Shown: positions 28,880-41,510, numbered from the stretch's first letter. The stretch: 64,000 bases of DNA from Octopus vulgaris (GCA_951406725.2 OX597832.1:56668001-56732000), one strand, 5' to 3'. Numbers and translations are program-made. The notes: generated from the letters alone by a model not told the origin.

Positions 28880-29221
28880 AACATCTGCTCATACACGTAT
28901 ATGCACATGTATACATAGACACATACATGCACACACACACACATATATAACTATGCACATACAAACACACAGACACTTATACACACATATATACATACAT
29001 ACATACATACATACGTACATACATACATACATGCATACATGCACACATACACACATATATACATAGATACACAAACAAATATATACACAAACACAATATA
29101 CATATATATATACACACACACATATACATACATATATACACACATACATATATATACACACATATATACATACATATATATACATACACAGACACATATA
29201 CATACATATATACATGCACAT

Positions 29222-29252
<31 letters not shown>

Positions 29253-30115
29253 CACACATCTACATACATATACAAATGTATATTCATATGCATACATATG
29301 CACACATACATATGCATACATATATAAATACACATATACATTCATATACACACACGCACATACATGTATACACACATATATATACACACATCTACAAACA
29401 TATGCATGCACACACACATATACCTGCATATACACATATACTTACACATGTGCACACACGCACACACATATACACATACACATCTACAAACATATATTCA
29501 TATGCACACGTATACACACACATACACGTACATATATATATATGCACATATACATACATATACACACACACACATACATACTTACCTATATACAATATCT
29601 ACATACATATACTCATACACATCTACAAACAAATACACACACACACATATACCTGCATATACACATATACCTACACATGTGCACACACATACACATCTAC
29701 AAACATATATTCATATGCACACATACACGTACATATATATGCACTTATACATACATATACACACACACACACACACACACATACCTATATACAATATCTA
29801 CATACATATACTCATACACATCTACAAATAAATACACACACATATACCTGCATATACACACACATACATACTTACAAACATATATACACACATATACCTA
29901 CATATACACACACATACATACTTACCAATATACAATATCTACATACATATACTCATACACATCTACAAACAAATACACACACACACACATATACCTGCAT
30001 ATACACATGCATATACACCTGCATATACACCTGCATATACACATATACCTACATATCCACACACACACATATACACATACATACTTACATATGCATACAC
30101 ACACACACACACAGT
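28880..30115. repeat. (TACA/CA)n compound microsatellite with repeated sub-blocks
   Basis: tacaatatctacatacatatactcatacacatctacaaa recurs at about 29591, 29790 and 29931. Confidence 0.95.
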
Positions 30116-30487
30116 CTAGCAAACTTGAAATTTATCGGGAACCCTAACACCTATCCATTCATTCTGCCGATAAATTAATAATACATAGGACCGAGTAGCT
30201 GAGCCGAGATTTACCGCCGCCATCAAAGACGATGGTTGGGGAAAGAGAATGGTGTGGAGATATACAAGTATAAAACTCTCCGACAACAACTACAACTACA
30301 AGATATTCATGGAATAAAATAGACTTTAACCAACAAGAGAACGTCTATATTTGGTTAGTAAGCCTGCTAAAAATAGCCACCAAATCTCTCTCAAACTATA
30401 TCTTACTGTTTGAAAAATAAGAATAAAAAAAAAGATATGATTGGATAATGTAAATGATGATGATGATGATGATCATCATCATCATCA

Positions 30488-30719
30488 TCGTTTAACGTCC
30501 ATTTTCCATGCTAGCATGGGTCGGACGGTTCAACTGGGGTTTGGGAAGCCAGAAGGCTGTGCCAGGCCCAGTCTGATCTGGCAGTGTTTCTACAGCTGGA
30601 TGCCCTTCCCTACGCCAACCACTCCGTGAGTGTAGTGGGTGCTTTTTACGTGCCACCTGCAGACGAGGCTGGCAAACGGCCACGAGCGGATGGTGCTTTT
30701 TATGTGCCACTGGCACGGG
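30488..30719 (-). mobile_element. Family C copy inside a (GAT)n array
   Basis: cgtttaacgtccattttccatgctagcatggg...gctttttacgtgccac. Confidence 0.8.
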
Positions 30720-31074
30720 ATGATGATGATGATAACGTAAATGATGATGATGATGATGATGGTGATCATATTTTAGTGTCCATTCTTTTCCATGCTCGCA
30801 TGGGTGGGTGAATTTGTTGAGGAAGATTTTGATTTCCTATAGTCAGATGCCTTATCTGTCACTGACCCTCACTTGCAAGGTAATAAATATTTGCTTCATG
30901 GCCAGACATGTTTTTGTGGAAGACTGGAAATAAAGGACAGAGCATGTATAACAGTGGCACTTGTTTACAGCTGCCATTTGATATCAAGACAAAGAGGCAT
31001 ACTCCTCACAACACACATATACACACACAAAATTACACACATGTACATACACACATATATATATACATTCACAT

Positions 31075-31245
31075 ACACATTGAGCTTCATTTAGTTTCCA
31101 CCTACCATATCCAGTTACAAGGTTTTAGTTGATCCAAGGCATAGTAGAAGTCATTGGCCAAAGATGATAAAGTGTCACACTGTGGGACTGAACCCCAAAC
31201 TATTTGGTTGGGGAGCAAACATTTTAACCACACAGCCATACCTAC
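31075..31245 (-). mobile_element. SINE family A, 5' half
   Basis: gtgggactgaacccc...taaccacacagcca. Confidence 0.65.
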
Positions 31246-31475
31246 ATTTTACATTATTCCTAAAATTAAGATTGGATAGTCATGATTGGAATACCTTTGA
31301 TTACAGGTAGTCCTCAGTGAGAGTAAACCTGAGGTTAAACAACAACAACCATTTAGTTTGGTAAGTTAGAACCAACACTGTTCAGATAAGAATTGTCCAA
31401 AGAATATGAAGAATAAAACTGCAGAGACCTGCTTTTGATAGAGAAAATTGTTTAAATTCTAGTAATACTGTGAGG

Positions 31476-31778
31476 GTGGAGGCACATGGCCTTGTGGTTA
31501 GAGCAGCAGACTCGTGGTCGAGGGATCGCGGGTTCGAATCTCAGACCGAGCGATGTGTGTGTTTATGAGTGAAACACCTAAGATCCACACGGCTTCGGCA
31601 GAAGGTAATGATGAAACTTCTGCTGACTCTTTCGCCACAACTTTCTCTCACTCTTTCCTCCTGCATCTTGCAGCTCACCTGCAACAGACCGGCATCCCGT
31701 CCAGGTGGGGAACCTATAAACCAAGGAAACCAGGAAACCGGCCCTTATGAGCCAGCTGTGGCTCGAGAAGGAACAAAC
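31476..31778 (+). mobile_element. tRNA-derived SINE family E, full length with TSD
   Basis: A box tggccttgtgg, B box ggttcgaatct; TSD aatactgtgagg at 31464-31475 and 31779-31790. Confidence 0.88.
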
Positions 31779-31963
31779 AATACTGTGAGGAATGATAATT
31801 TGGTTTGATTTCATTCTATGAAGATGAGGAAAAAAAAACAACCTTGGGGAGGATGCTCATTAATAACAAATATTATTATCTGCAGATGATCTGGCATTTA
31901 TTTCTGATAAACGAAGGTGGATATTTCCTACAGATAGCAGACCAGTCAATTGATTACATTATT

Positions 31964-32364
31964 TATATTATTTACATTTGATGGATATTTGTCCTCCTCT
32001 TGTTTGTTGTTAACACAACGTTTTGGCCGATATATCCTCCAGTCTTCATCAGGTGTCTTGAGGAAATATCACTCCATAATTGCCCACGAGCATATGGTGT
32101 AGTGGTTAAAAGTGTGGGCTACTGACCCCAAGATTCCAAGTTTGATTCCAGGCAGTGACCTGAATAATAATAATAATAATAATAATAACAACATTGAAAA
32201 ATACCTTAGGAATGAGAACCCAGATTTGAAATTTCCCCAAGACACCTGATGAAGACTGGAGGGTATATCAGCTGAAACGTATTAACAATGAAAAAGATGA
32301 GAACGAATATCTGTCAACTGTAAATAATGTACATAATTTCTCATCTCTTAAATATAGAACTGTA
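31964..32364 (+). mobile_element. tRNA-headed element with hammerhead-containing tail, preceded by an inverted copy of its tail
   Basis: Head 32088-32158 (tggtgtagtgg, agtttgattcc), (AAT)n linker, acac CTGATGA...GAAACGT at 32242-32280; 31964-32067 is the reverse complement of about 32230-32332. Confidence 0.7.
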
Positions 32365-32839
32365 TTATCCATTGATTATCTGACAGTTGAGTGATAAATT
32401 ACTTCCTGGATAGGATGTGAATCTAGTGTGGTTAACATCTTCAGAAGATCTAGTTCCTAATGGTAACACATGTGTGATAAGTACTCTCTTGGACAGGACA
32501 CCAGTCTACTACAGGTGACATTTCCTAGTGACCTAGTACTTCTTTGTAACAGACAAATGAGAAATCCTTTCCCGGTGTTGTTAACATCTCCTTCCCTTTT
32601 GTCTAGCTACCTCCACCATCTCCCGCTTTATTTTTGCACTCTTGCAAACTGACCTGACCTCTCACTCTATCCTGTCCCTTGTACCACTTTCTTGTAACTT
32701 AAGGACACACCAATGCACCCTTTTTCTGACAGAGGTGGCCGTGTAATGCCTTTCCTCTTGTAAATTTTAACCTCTTGTCAACTAGCACTTGAACCCAATA
32801 CTACTTCCTCTAAACAACCCCTCACTCATTTGAGGGGTT

Positions 32840-33295
32840 TTGTCATGCAAATCCCTTAGTGACGTCACTGGTGTTAGTGCCATGTAAAAAGCACCCAGTA
32901 CATGCTGTAAAGTGGTTGGCATTAGGAAGGGCATCCAGTCATAAAAACCACATCAAAGGCAGACATCAGAGCTTGGTGCAGTCTTCTTATTTCTTTATTG
33001 CCCACAAGGGGCTAAACACAGAGGGACAAACAAGGACAGACAAAGGGATTAAGTCAATTACATCGACCCCAGTGTGTAACTGATACTTAATTTATCGACC
33101 CCGAAAGGATGAAAGGCAAAGTTGACCTTGGTGGAATTTGAACTCAGAATATAACAGCAGACGAAATACGGCTAAGCATTTCGCCTGATGTGCTAATGTT
33201 TCTTCCAGCTCGCCACTTGGTGCAGTCTTCTGGCTTGCCAGTTCCTGTCAATCTGTCCAACCCATGCCAGCATCGAAAATGGATCTTAAATGATG
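32840..33295 (+). mobile_element. Family C-related copy interrupted by a SINE B (32988-33215, - strand)
   Basis: 16-bp TSD cttggtgcagtcttct at 32972-32987 and 33216-33231. Confidence 0.85.
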
Positions 33296-33638
33296 ACGAT
33301 GACGATGACAATGATGAAGATGATGACGAATACAATGACATCCACAATGATGATGGTGTTGGCAATGGTGATGACGATGGTGATGACGATGATGGTGATG
33401 ACGATGATGGTGATGATGATGATGGTGATGATGTTGGTGATGGTGATGATGTTGATTATGATGACAATGACGACGATGATGATCTATTACTATCACTGAC
33501 AGATGAGTGATAAATCACCTTTGGACAGGTGCTAGGGTTCGCAGTAAACTTCAAGTTAACTAGACAGTGTGTTCATAGACATATGCATGTGTGTGTGTAT
33601 ATATATATGTATATGTATGTGCATATGTGTATGTGTAT

Positions 33639-33935
33639 ATATATTGTATAAAAGATTGTGGGTAAGGCCAGAACAAGGCGAAGTAAATGCAAGGCAAATC
33701 ACGAGAAAACATATATATGAATTAATGTAGACTTACCTTGCATTCAATATTTCGGGGTTATGAACCCATCATCAAGAAATTAATGAATGTTGCAGATGTT
33801 CATTAATTTCCTGAAAATGGGTTCATAACCCCGAAATATTGAATGCAAGGTAAGTCTATATTAATTCATATATTTGTTTTCTTGCATTTACTTTGCTTTG
33901 TTCTGGCCTTACCCACAATCCTTTATACAATATAT
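33639..33935. mobile_element. About 300-bp fold-back palindrome carrying a hammerhead-like motif in each arm
   Basis: Arms are reverse complements around about 33791-33796; + arm ttc CTGAAAA tgggttcataacccc GAAA ta TT gaa (33808-33843), - arm ttc TTGATGA tgggttcataacccc GAAA ta TT gaa (33743-33778). Confidence 0.75.
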
Positions 33936-34317
33936 TCTACACAATGCTTCATAGTAACTATTCCATTATAATCTGTGCATATATATATATATATGTGTAT
34001 GTGTGCGTGTACATGTGTATGATGTATATATATATATGTAGGTATATGCATGTATGTAATTAACATCTGATGATTCTGTGCCAGCTTTGATGAAACAAAC
34101 CAATACAGAATATATTCTTCTTGAAAACACAACAGCAGATTTGAATAAGAGTTGCACCTTGTTATTGGGACAACCGTATGTGTACTACAAAGACTACTCA
34201 ATGGTGGCTGACCTAGGGCTCCAAAACAACAACAACAACAATGAAGAAGGAGCCTCTTTGTTGTTGTTTGTTCTTGTAAGAAACGGTAGCCAAATCTTCC
34301 TCAAATCATATGTCATT

Positions 34318-34729
34318 ACTCTTTTACTCTTTTACTTGTTTCAGTCATTTGACTGTGGCCATGTGGAGCACTGCCTTTAGTCGAGCAAATCGACCCCAGG
34401 ACTTATTCTTTATAAGCCTAGTACTTATTCTATCAGTCTCTTTTGCCAAATCGTTAAGTTATGGGGATGTAAACACACCGGCATCGGTTGTCAAGCAACG
34501 TTGGGGGGGGGGGGGGGACAAACACAGACACACGAACATACACACACACACACACACGCACACATATACCTATATATGACGAGCTTCTTTCAGTTTCCGT
34601 CTACCAAATCTACTCACAAGGCTTTGGTCGGCCCGAGGCTATAGTAGAAGACACTTGCCCAAGATGCTACGCAGTGGGACTGAACCCGGAACCATGTGGT
34701 TTGTAAGCAAGCTACTTACCATACAGCCA
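34318..34729 (-). mobile_element. SINE family A, near full length
   Basis: Tail, internal (CA)n, CORE-like motif and tRNA-like head all present. Confidence 0.9.
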
Positions 34730-35336
34730 AAAAACAAAAAAAAAAATGGATATGCTAGATAACATATTTTAACAGTCACTGTAGATGAGAATAGATGAAA
34801 ATAGACGAGATAGTCATGGCTGGAATGGCTTTTGTTTTACTCATTTTACCGAATCAGGGCCCACCTGGGGCCTAAACAACAAGAACCATTCTCATCAGTC
34901 ACCACCACAACCACCACTGCCAACACTACCACCACCGCCACCACCCACAACCACCCCACCGCCACAGTCACCGCCTCCACTATAAGATTACATCAATAAT
35001 AATTTATTGAAACTGACTGTCATTCAACAAGGACTATCAATATTATATTATGTTTTAGAATTTGAGAACGTAATTTTATACAACTGCTGCCGACGCCACA
35101 GCCGCTGCTGCCACCGTCGCCGCTGCCACAGAAGCAGCAGCTTTCACTTCCTCCCCATCCCACCCCCCCACCTCGCCGTCATCGTTGTCGTCAATACCAT
35201 AACCAACAAAAATTTCTGACTCATCAACAAAATGTCTTTGTGTAATAAATTCTCTGGAGGTTCTATCTTCGCTAAATTATAAAACCCAAAAAAAAGACAA
35301 ATGTTTGAATTAGTGTAAAACAATATAATCACCTTT

Positions 35337-35566
35337 ATCATCATCATCATCATCATTACCACCACCACCACCACCACCACCACCACCACCACCATCACCA
35401 TCACCATCATCATCATCACTGCCATCTTCATTATTACCATTACCACACCGTCGTCGTCATCATCATCATCATCATCACTACCATCTTCATTACCATTACC
35501 ACACCGTCATCACCATTGTCATCATCATCATCATCATCATCATCGTCGTCGTCGTCGTCGTCGTCG

Positions 35567-35619
<53 letters not shown>

Positions 35620-35620
35620 T
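35337..35620. repeat. (CAT/CAC/CGT)n trinucleotide arrays
   Basis: Directly visible. Confidence 0.95.
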
Positions 35621-35642
35621 TCAACAACCGTAATATCGCAAT

Positions 35643-35820
35643 CACCGTTTTTAACACGTATAAGGAACCCATTTTTTGTCAAAAATTAAGTTAAAAAAAA
35701 TATGGGAGTTTCTTATACATGGATAGTATTGTAATCCCTTACAAAACCACTTTTTCCAAATGTTAAGCCCCCCACTCCACCTAAAATTAGGGGTTTCCTT
35801 ATATATGTTAAAATAAGGTA
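35643..35820. mobile_element. Small Tc1/pogo-type MITE
   Basis: TIRs caccgtttttaacacgtataaggaaccc / gggtttccttatatatgttaaaataaggta, TA at the right end. Confidence 0.6.
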
Positions 35821-35871
35821 CACCACTAGCAACATCATTATTGTTGAGCCAAGAAAGGAACTTCTACATGT

Positions 35872-36065
35872 GTGGTGAGCTGGCGCTGGACAAAATACTT
35901 AGCGGTATTTTGCTCGTCGCAATGTTCTGAGTTCAAATTCTGTCAGGGTTGACTTTGCCTTTCATCCTTTCGGGATTGATAAAATAAGTACCAGTTGAAC
36001 ACTGGGGTCAATGTAATCGGCTTATACACTCCCCCTTAATTGCTGCCCTTATGGCAAAATGTGAA
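35872..36065 (+). mobile_element. SINE family B
   Basis: ggtgagctggc...ttctgagttcaaattc...gcctttcatcctttcggg. Confidence 0.75.
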
Positions 36066-36469
36066 GCCACCACCACCACCACCACCACCACCACCATCAC
36101 CATCACCATCATCATCATCATCATCATCATCATTATTATTATTATTTCTTTGCGATATTCTGACACGTTCTATGGTTCTTCATCAGTAGGCAGTTGTTTC
36201 CTTTCTAAGACTTTGTTAACGGCATATGACAGGAATTGGCCACACTCAAAAATAGTGACTCCAAGAATGCCGGGGGAGTAAAGATTCTGGCCATTCTGTT
36301 CCTTGTGGTACATGATAATCCTTAACACCTGATATATGTTGCATCCATTCAGGTTCCCTTTAATCTGTGGACTATATTACCTTGATTGCAGTCTAATGGG
36401 TTATAGCTCTTTGAATGGGATCCAATCTTGCCTTACAAAAATAAGACATTCCAGCCTTATTTATAGTAC

Positions 36470-36745
36470 ATCCTACAGGGTACATAGAACACATATTACA
36501 CAAATTATACATAGTACCCTTGTCACTCATATTACACATCACATATTTAACACAGAGTCCACTTTACATTGCCTTTCGTATATATAAACACAGAGCACAT
36601 GCTGTCTTACTTTTTACCTGTTTAATACAGAGTACATCTTACATCATACATATAGGAGAGTACACCTTATACCGTGCATTATATATATAGTATAGAGTAC
36701 ATCTTGTATACAAAGTACACATTACACACATGCAGAGTACATAAA
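36470..36745. repeat. Degenerate minisatellite built on an agagtaca motif
   Basis: acagagtaca-like motif recurs about every 20-45 bp. Confidence 0.55.
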
Positions 36746-37330
36746 GTGAAAGAATATGAATGAGAAAGAAAATAAATTCTTCATATTAAATGATTAGCCA
36801 AGAAGCCCCACAGCTGAATTGAACCCAAGACCTTATGCTCATAAAGTGAACTCTTTAACCACTTGGCTATACTTGTGTCTACACCAAAATTAAATCAACT
36901 GATTTAATTAATTGTCTCTTTTACCCATAAATTTGTGGTTTGGCACCAATACAAGAAGACATCAGTACCATTAACACCAATATTGTATCACTTTGGGAAT
37001 TTCCTTGTACCACAATTCCTCATTTTAATCTCTATTAATGCTCTCTAAACAGACCGTTATGTCTGATTATGGTCTCTAGACATTCTTTTGGCAGAAATTA
37101 AGTTCCATATGATAAAAGCAATTCTTTAACTAAATCAGCTAAACTAAGAATTAGTAATTATTTACAGATATAATATAACTGTATAGACATAATTTATAAC
37201 TACACAATATACTAACAGGCCTTACAAGGACCAAACCTGAATGAAATAGCAGCTAAATTTACCTCAAATTAGATGCTACTGCTTTAAATAAAGAAATGAC
37301 TGATACATCAGGTAATGTCATACTGGGTAT

Positions 37331-37728
37331 AAGGCGGCAAACTGACAGAAACGTTAGCACGCCGGGCGAAATGCTTAGCGGTATATCATCTGCTGCTACG
37401 TTCTGAGTTCAAATTCTGCCGAGGTCGACTTTGCCTTTCATCCTTTCGGGGTCGATAAATTAAGTACCAGTTATGCACTGGGGTCGATGTAATCAACTTA
37501 ATCCGTGTGTCTGTCCTTGTTTGTCCCCTCTGTGTTTAGCCCCTTGTGGGTAGAAAAGAAATAGGTATTTCATCTGTCTTTACGTTCTGAGTTCAAATTC
37601 CACCAAGGTCGACTTTGCCTTTCATCCTTTCAGGGTCAATAAATTAAATACCAGCTACACACTGGGGTCAATCTAATTGACTGGCCCCCTCCCCCAAAAT
37701 TTTGGGTCTTGTACCTAGAGTAGAAAAC
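37331..37728 (+). mobile_element. SINE family B full dimer with TSD
   Basis: Head aaggcggcaaactgacagaaacgttagc, two bodies; TSD aatgtcatactgggtat / aatgttattctgggtat. Confidence 0.88.
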
Positions 37729-37892
37729 AATGTTATTCTGGGTATGTTGGTGGGTGGATGGGATAGTCACGGCTATAAGACCGTTAGTGGGAAAAAAATG
37801 TCTGCTCAGTAAGGGTTAACATAGGATATGGAACAAATTACTTCTTTAATACACAGTCATTGTTGTACATAGGGTAAATGTGTTTGAAAGTT

Positions 37893-38208
37893 GTGTGTTT
37901 GTCCCCCTCATCACTTGATAACCTATGTTGGTGTATTCACATCCCTGAAACTTAGCAGTTCGAGAAAGCAGACGGATAAAATAAGTACTAGGCTTACAAA
38001 GAATAAGTCCTCGGGTGGGGATCAATTTGTTCGACTGAAAGCAGTGCTCCAGCATGGCCACAGTCAAATGACTGAAACAAGTAAACGAATAAAAGAATAT
38101 ATATATATTCTTTTATTCTTTTTCCATTTTATTCGATTTGCTCGACTAAAGGCGGTGCTCCAGCATGGCCACAATGAAATGACTGAAACAAGTAAAAGAA
38201 TAAAAGAA
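37893..38208 (+). mobile_element. SINE family A 3' half with duplicated tail
   Basis: gtgctccagcatggccaca...gactgaaacaagtaaa occurs twice. Confidence 0.8.
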
Positions 38209-38699
38209 CAAAAAATTTTTTTAATCTTTTTTTGCATTGTGGTGGTGGTAGCGGTAATGGTGGTGGTAGTGGTGAGAGCTGATTAAACAACATTACTTTA
38301 TTAATCAACCATAAAAAGGTAAAATGGCCAAGAGGTGTGTTCACCCCCAGGTGGAGAGCCAATTTACTGCTCCATTTAGTTTCACCTGTATGATATTCTT
38401 TGTTACTGCCATACTGGAATGGATGGTGAAACACCCAGGTTATTTCATACCAGCAGGTAGCGGTATTGTGTTTATTGTATGTATTTGTATTAAAGGCTGC
38501 CTACAAAGGAATCCTCACAGCCTTCTTTATGTGAAAGAAAGGAGGAGTGGCTGGGATGGAGAAGAGGAGGATGAGGAGAGGCGGAGAGTTAGAAAAGGAG
38601 GGAGAGAGAGAGAGCAGAGAGAAAGAGGGGTGTGGTGAAAAGAGAAAGAGAAAAGTGAGTGAAAGGGAGATGAAAAACATTATTATTATTATTATTATG

Positions 38700-38731
<32 letters not shown>

Positions 38732-38734
38732 GAT

Positions 38735-38935
38735 AAAAGTGATGAGCTGGCAGAATTGTAAACATGCTGGATGATAAAGCTTAGCAACATTTCCTCTATC
38801 TTACCGTTCTGAGTTCAAATTCCGCCGAGGTCAACTTTGCCTTTAATCCTTTTGAGGTCGATAAAATAAATATCAGTTGAGTATCAGACTTATCCCTTCT
38901 CCCAAAATTGCAGGCCTTGCGCCAAAATTTGAAAC

Positions 38936-38992
<57 letters not shown>

Positions 38993-39200
38993 CATCATCA
39001 TCATCATTAAGGCAGCAAGCTGGCAGAATTGTTAGCATGCTGGGTAAGATGCTGAGTGTCATTTTGTCTATCTTTATGTTCTGAGTTCAAATTCCACCGA
39101 GGGCAACTTTGCCTTTAGTCCTTTTGGGGTCAATAAAATAAAAACCACTGGAGCAAATTTCCCCAAATTTCAGGCCTGTACCTAGAGTAGAAAAGATTAT
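38735..39200 (+). mobile_element. Two SINE B monomers separated by (TTA)n
   Basis: agctggcagaattgt...ttctgagttcaaattcc occurs twice. Confidence 0.75.
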
Positions 39201-39209
39201 GATTATTAT

Positions 39210-39386
39210 AGGTGCAGGAGTGGCTGTGTGGTAAGTAGCTTGCTTACCAACCTCATGGTTCCGAGTTCAGTCCCATTGCATGGCACCTTGGCCAAGTATC
39301 TTCTACTATAGCCTCAGGCCGACCAAAGCCTTGTGAGTGGATTTGGTGGATGGAAACTGAAAGAAGCTCATCATATATATATGTAT

Positions 39387-39457
<71 letters not shown>

Positions 39458-39645
39458 TGTACATATTTGTGTGTCTGTGTTTGTCCCCCAACATCGCTTG
39501 ACAACCGATGCTGGTGTGTTTACATCCCCGTAACTGATTGAATAAGTACTAGGCTTACAAAGAATAAGTCCTGGAGTCGATTTGCTCGACTAAAGGCGGT
39601 GCTCCAGCATGGCCACAGTCAAATGACTGAAACAAGTAAAAGAGA
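39210..39645 (+). mobile_element. SINE family A, near full length
   Basis: aggtgcaggagtggctgtgtggtaagtagcttgc ... gactgaaacaagtaaaaga. Confidence 0.9.
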
Positions 39646-39814
39646 ATTATTGTTAGTTTGGTAGAATGGCCTCTGGAAATACTCCCAGACCATGGATGAT
39701 CGATGCTGTTAATTTTAGCATCATCTTTGAACTTTTGTTTGCGTAATATTGAATAGAAGTCTCCACTCTTCAACATTAAAATGGAAAACTCTGTATGTGT
39801 GTGTGATTGTGTAT

Positions 39815-39886
<72 letters not shown>

Positions 39887-40030
39887 TAGAGAGAGAGAGA
39901 GAGAATCACTGCAGACAAGATGAGACCTCAATAGGGAGTGTAGCTTGAGATTTGGTTTCAATTCCTGGTTTGTGGATAATGCATTTCTTCCTTCGTATCG
40001 TTTCAATCTTTAAGAAAGCTATGGCTGCCT

Positions 40031-40709
40031 GTGGAGGCACATGGCCTAGCGGTTAGAGCAGTGGACTCGAAGTCGGGGGATCGCGGGTTTGAATCTCAGA
40101 TCAAACAATGGGTGTGTTTATGAGTGAAACATCTAATTTCCATGAGGCTCCGGCAGAGCGTAATGGCGAACCTCTGCTGACTCTTTCGCCGCAACTTTCT
40201 CTCACTCTTTCTTCATGCATCTAGCAGCTCACCTGCGACGGACCAGTGTCCCCTCCAAGTGGGGAACCTATACACCAATGAAACGAGCCAGTCACGGTTC
40301 CATTGGTGCAGGCCAACCACCTGTGGTTCCGTGAGCACGGAGAGGTCCTCCTTGATCGTCGTAACCCAGGTCTTCAGCTGCCCACCCGCGTGTTTCCGCC
40401 AGTTGGGAAGCGTGTGGGTGGGCAGCTGAAGACCTGGGTTATGACGATCAAGGAGGACCTCTCCGTGCTCACGGAACCACAGGTGGTCGGCCTGCGCCGA
40501 TGGAACCGTGACTGGCTCACTATCTCCAGTGAACTGGTACAGGTCCGTTGTGCGTGGGCTGCCATGGTTCGAGATACCTCGAGGGTGATAGAAGAAGCTG
40601 ACTCAACCCGCCCAGGGTGAATGTTGCCACAAGTACAAGTAAGTACATCAATGAAACCAAGAAACTGGTCCCTATGAGCCAGACAAGGCTCATGAAGGAA
40701 TGAACAACA
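40031..40709 (+). mobile_element. SINE family E interrupted by an RTE fragment
   Basis: Matches 31476-31778 on both sides of the insert. Confidence 0.85.
40285..40643 (+). pseudogene. 5'-truncated RTE-clade LINE 3' end with fold-back inversion
   Basis: GGQLKTWVMTIKEDL...GLRRWNRDWL...AWAAMVRD...RPG* resembles RTE-clade C-termini; caagta-type tail; 14-bp TSD tacaccaatgaaac / tacatcaatgaaac. Confidence 0.8.
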
Positions 40710-41259
40710 TGAATGCCAGACCTCTCATTCTTTTCCTTCCAAGGTCTGGAAGTCTTGTTTGCCAAACAGCAGAAAGCAGGCAGGGAAGTGAATTCTAAGC
40801 AAGTTTCCAATAGGAATGGTGGCTCATTTATAGGTCAAAACATCTTAAACCAAGAGACATACCTTGTAAGGGAAATGTGTGTGTTTGTATGCATGGAAAT
40901 ATGTATATATATATATATATGGATTTCTGTATGAAGGCACTGATGTATGTACAGATAGATGAATTGATGTATTCCAGGATGTATGGAGTCATGTAAGTAT
41001 GTATATACAAGTGTGTGTCTATATGGATGCGTGTATATATGTACACACACACACACACATGTATATATATATGCATATGTGTGCATGTATATGAGTGTAT
41101 TCATACATGTACATTCATATGTGTTTGTATTTATGTATGTATGGGTATGTAGAAAATGCTTCACAAACACACACACATACAAAACCACACACAAACTGAT
41201 ATGCACATATGCACAACCACACAAACACACAAACTCAAACGAAACATTTCTAACTGAAA

Positions 41260-41510
41260 ATTCTTCTTCTTTTTCTTCTTCTACTTCTCTTTCTTCTCTT
41301 TCTTCTTCTTCTTCTTCTTCTTCTTCTTCTTCTTCTTCTTCTTCTTCTTCTTCTTCTTCTTCTCCTCCTCCTCCTCCCCTCCCCTCCTCTTCTCCTCCTC
41401 CTCCTTTTCCTCCTTCTTCCTCCTCCTCTTCCTCCTCCTCTTCCTCCTTCTTCCTCATCTTCCTCCTTCTTCCTCCTCTTCCATTTCCTCAATTTTTTCC
41501 TTCTTCCTCT
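41260..41510. repeat. (CTT)n/(CCT)n polypyrimidine tract
   Basis: Directly visible. Confidence 0.95.

Noticed and set aside
31478-31550. tRNA gene
   Set aside because: The tRNA-like sequence continues into a SINE body with a TSD; it is a SINE head, as are the other A/B-box hits
34079-34095. gccagctttgatga resembles the 3' part of miR-2
   Set aside because: The seed (tatcaca) is absent and there is no precursor hairpin
36160-36192. Minus-strand CTGATGAagaaccatagaacgtgtcag as a hammerhead
   Set aside because: GAAA and stem II are missing; too decayed to support
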